Shown one piece after another: positions 62,435 through 64,000 of a stretch of DNA of 64,000 bases. The notes beneath the pieces were generated by a model. The model was given only the letters and a program-made list of their open reading frames with translations. It was not told where the DNA came from and did no database searches. Source of the DNA: Planctomycetota bacterium (GTDB lineage Bacteria > Planctomycetota > JAJSAM01 > JAJVHW01); contig CBDFJG010000004.1 in assembly GCA_965248445.1 (NCBI GenBank), positions 512,001 to 576,000 on the forward strand, given 5' to 3'. Every line of letters begins with the position of its first letter. Position 1 is the stretch's first letter. Position numbers and translations under genes: made by a program.

Positions 62435-64000
62435 ATGATCCAACAGACCCGCCTCCGCCTCGTTCGCGTCCTGGCCCCGGCGCTGTGGATCGTGTGCTCG
62501 GCCGCCTCTGCCTTCGCGCGGGGCGGCGGCGGCGGCAACTTCGGGGGCGGCGGCGGTTTCGGCGGCGGCGGCGGGTTCGGCGGTGGCGGCGGCTTCGGGG
62601 GCGGCGGCGGGTTCGGAGGCGGCGGGTTCGGGGGCGGGGGCAGCTTCGGCGGCGGAGACCTGTCCGCCAGGATGATCTTCTTCATCCTCCTGCTCGTGGT
62701 CCTGTTCGTGCTGTTCAAGGCCGTCGCGGACAAGCACCGGGGTAAAGGCGGCGGCACATCCCGCGTCACCCGCGGCCGTGTCGCACGCGTGTACCGGGAC
62801 GCAGCCGAGGCCGAGCAGCGGCTGCGGGCGATCGAGCCGGGGTTCGACCGCGCGGGGTTCTTCGCGCGTGCCGTTGTGGCGTTCCGCAAGGTCCAGCGGT
62901 CATGGTGCGCGCACGACCTGGCCGAGATTCGCCCGTTCGTGTCCGACGGAATCCACGAGCGATTCACGCTGCAACTCGAGGAACAGAAGATCCTCGGGTA
63001 CCGCGACGTCATGGAGCGCATCGAGGTCCGCGACGTGAACTTCGCGCACTTCGAGGAGCAGGGCCGGCTGCAGATCGTCACGGTCCGCATCCGCGCGAGC
63101 TCCATCGACTACCGCGTGTCGGCCGACAGCGGCAAGCACGTGGCTCGCACGAAAGTGCCCGAGGAGTTCGTCGAGTACTGGTCGTTCCTCCGCAAGAAAG
63201 GCGCGAAGCAGAGGAAGGGCCAGGGCCTGATCGAGGGCTTCTGCCCGAACTGCGGCGCGGCCGTCGAGATGAACCAGTGGTCACGGTGCAAGCACTGCGA
63301 GACACACCTACGCAGCGGCGAACACGACTGGGTGCTCGTCGAGATCACGCAGGAATCCGTCTGGCGCCGGCGGGAGTCCGGCGAGATCCCCGGTGTGACG
63401 GCGTACCTCTCCTTCGATCCGGGGTTCAGCGTCCAGCACCTGGAAGACCGGGTCTCGGTGATGTTCTGGCGCAGCGCGATGGCGGAGTGGATGGACGACC
63501 CGGCGCCTCTCCGCAAGATCGCCACCGACGAACTGACCGCTAGGCGCACCGACCATGTGCGGACGAAGTCCTACGACGGGCGTCGGCGCTACATCGGCGA
63601 GCGAGGTGTGGGCGCGGTCGAGATCCTCGGCACCGACCGCGGGGAGGGCCGCGATCGCGTGATCGCAACGGTCACGTGGTCGGGCACGTACTTCTCGGTG
63701 GACGACGACCGCAAGCTGCACCGCGAGAAGAAGAGCTCCATCGTGGACACGCTGCTCGTGCTGACGCGTCGCACCGGCGTGAACACCGACGACGGCCACG
63801 CGGTCTCCTCCGCGCACTGTCCGAACTGCGGCGCCCCCGAAGCCGGCGGCGAGACGCACGCGTGCGAGTTCTGCGGCGAGGTGCTCAACGACGGTTCGCG
63901 CGACTGGGTGCTCGCAGAGCTGCTCCCGCGCTACTCCGAAGAGGCGCGCGACATCGTGCAGGACGTGGTCACAGCCGCGCACTCGGACGTGTCGAAGCTG
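62435..64000 (+). CDS. TIM44-like domain protein with Gly-rich N-terminus and zinc ribbons, runs off the right edge
   Basis: Own translation from ATG 62435: signal peptide, ARGGGGG/FGGGG repeats, TM helix, AFRKVQRSW...EEFVEYWSFLR, CPNCGA, DWVL; module repeated with a second CPNCGA. Confidence 0.85.
   Translation, partial: MIQQTRLRLVRVLAPALWIVCSAASAFARGGGGGNFGGGGGFGGGGGFGGGGGFGGGGGFGGGGFGGGGSFGGGDLSARMIFFILLLVVLFVLFKAVADKHRGKGGGTSRVTRGRVARVYRDAAEAEQRLRAIEPGFDRAGFFARAVVAFRKVQRSWCAHDLAEIRPFVSDGIHERFTLQLEEQKILGYRDVMERIEVRDVNFAHFEEQGRLQIVTVRIRASSIDYRVSADSGKHVARTKVPEEFVEYWSFLRKKGAKQRKGQGLIEGFCPNCGAAVEMNQWSRCKHCETHLRSGEHDWVLVEITQESVWRRRESGEIPGVTAYLSFDPGFSVQHLEDRVSVMFWRSAMAEWMDDPAPLRKIATDELTARRTDHVRTKSYDGRRRYIGERGVGAVEILGTDRGEGRDRVIATVTWSGTYFSVDDDRKLHREKKSSIVDTLLVLTRRTGVNTDDGHAVSSAHCPNCGAPEAGGETHACEFCGEVLNDGSRDWVLAELLPRYSEEARDIVQDVVTAAHSDVSKL

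Overview
High-GC bacterial window; gene content (HEAT-repeat proteins, many Ser/Thr kinases, sulfotransferases, FGE-domain proteins) suggests Planctomycetota (inference). From left to right: (1) 1-23 kb, accessory and housekeeping genes including an MFS transporter, HEAT proteins, DNA repair enzymes, a vWA-kinase-FGE operon, a decayed RAYT/IS200-like transposase, two sulfotransferases and dbpA. (2) About 23.4-36.6 kb, the most unusual part: four small integrase-less cargo segments (1.8-4.3 kb) separated by five copies of a 55-bp core. The core is the 3' end (NYINRIADGLGVDLEPEM) of the adjacent AhpD/CMD-family gene, and the copies are flanked at fixed distances by a 21-bp double direct repeat (TAAGGCACACATAGGGCACAC). 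This resembles a stack of tyrosine-recombinase att junctions. The target gene is itself a probable selenoprotein (CxxU with a SECIS-like hairpin) that the ORF track splits in two. Cargo includes a beta-helix protein, a type III PKS cluster, PfpI, NDH-2, HicBA and kinase or RadC fragments. (3) 37-42 kb, a SenB-like glycosyltransferase, a HesB-like protein and membrane proteins. (4) 42-54 kb, an 11-subunit complex I-like operon (nuoABCDHIJKLMN, no nuoEFG) plus a ferritin-like gene; NuoB, NuoC and the ferritin-like protein share Pro/Gly-rich tails with a repeated short motif. (5) 54-64 kb, eboE, crcB, DUF418, an APH-like kinase, feoAB with a Fur-like box, dus and a partial TIM44-like gene. No tRNA, rRNA, CRISPR array or intact integrase was recognised. 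All family assignments are from motif recognition by eye; no searches were run.
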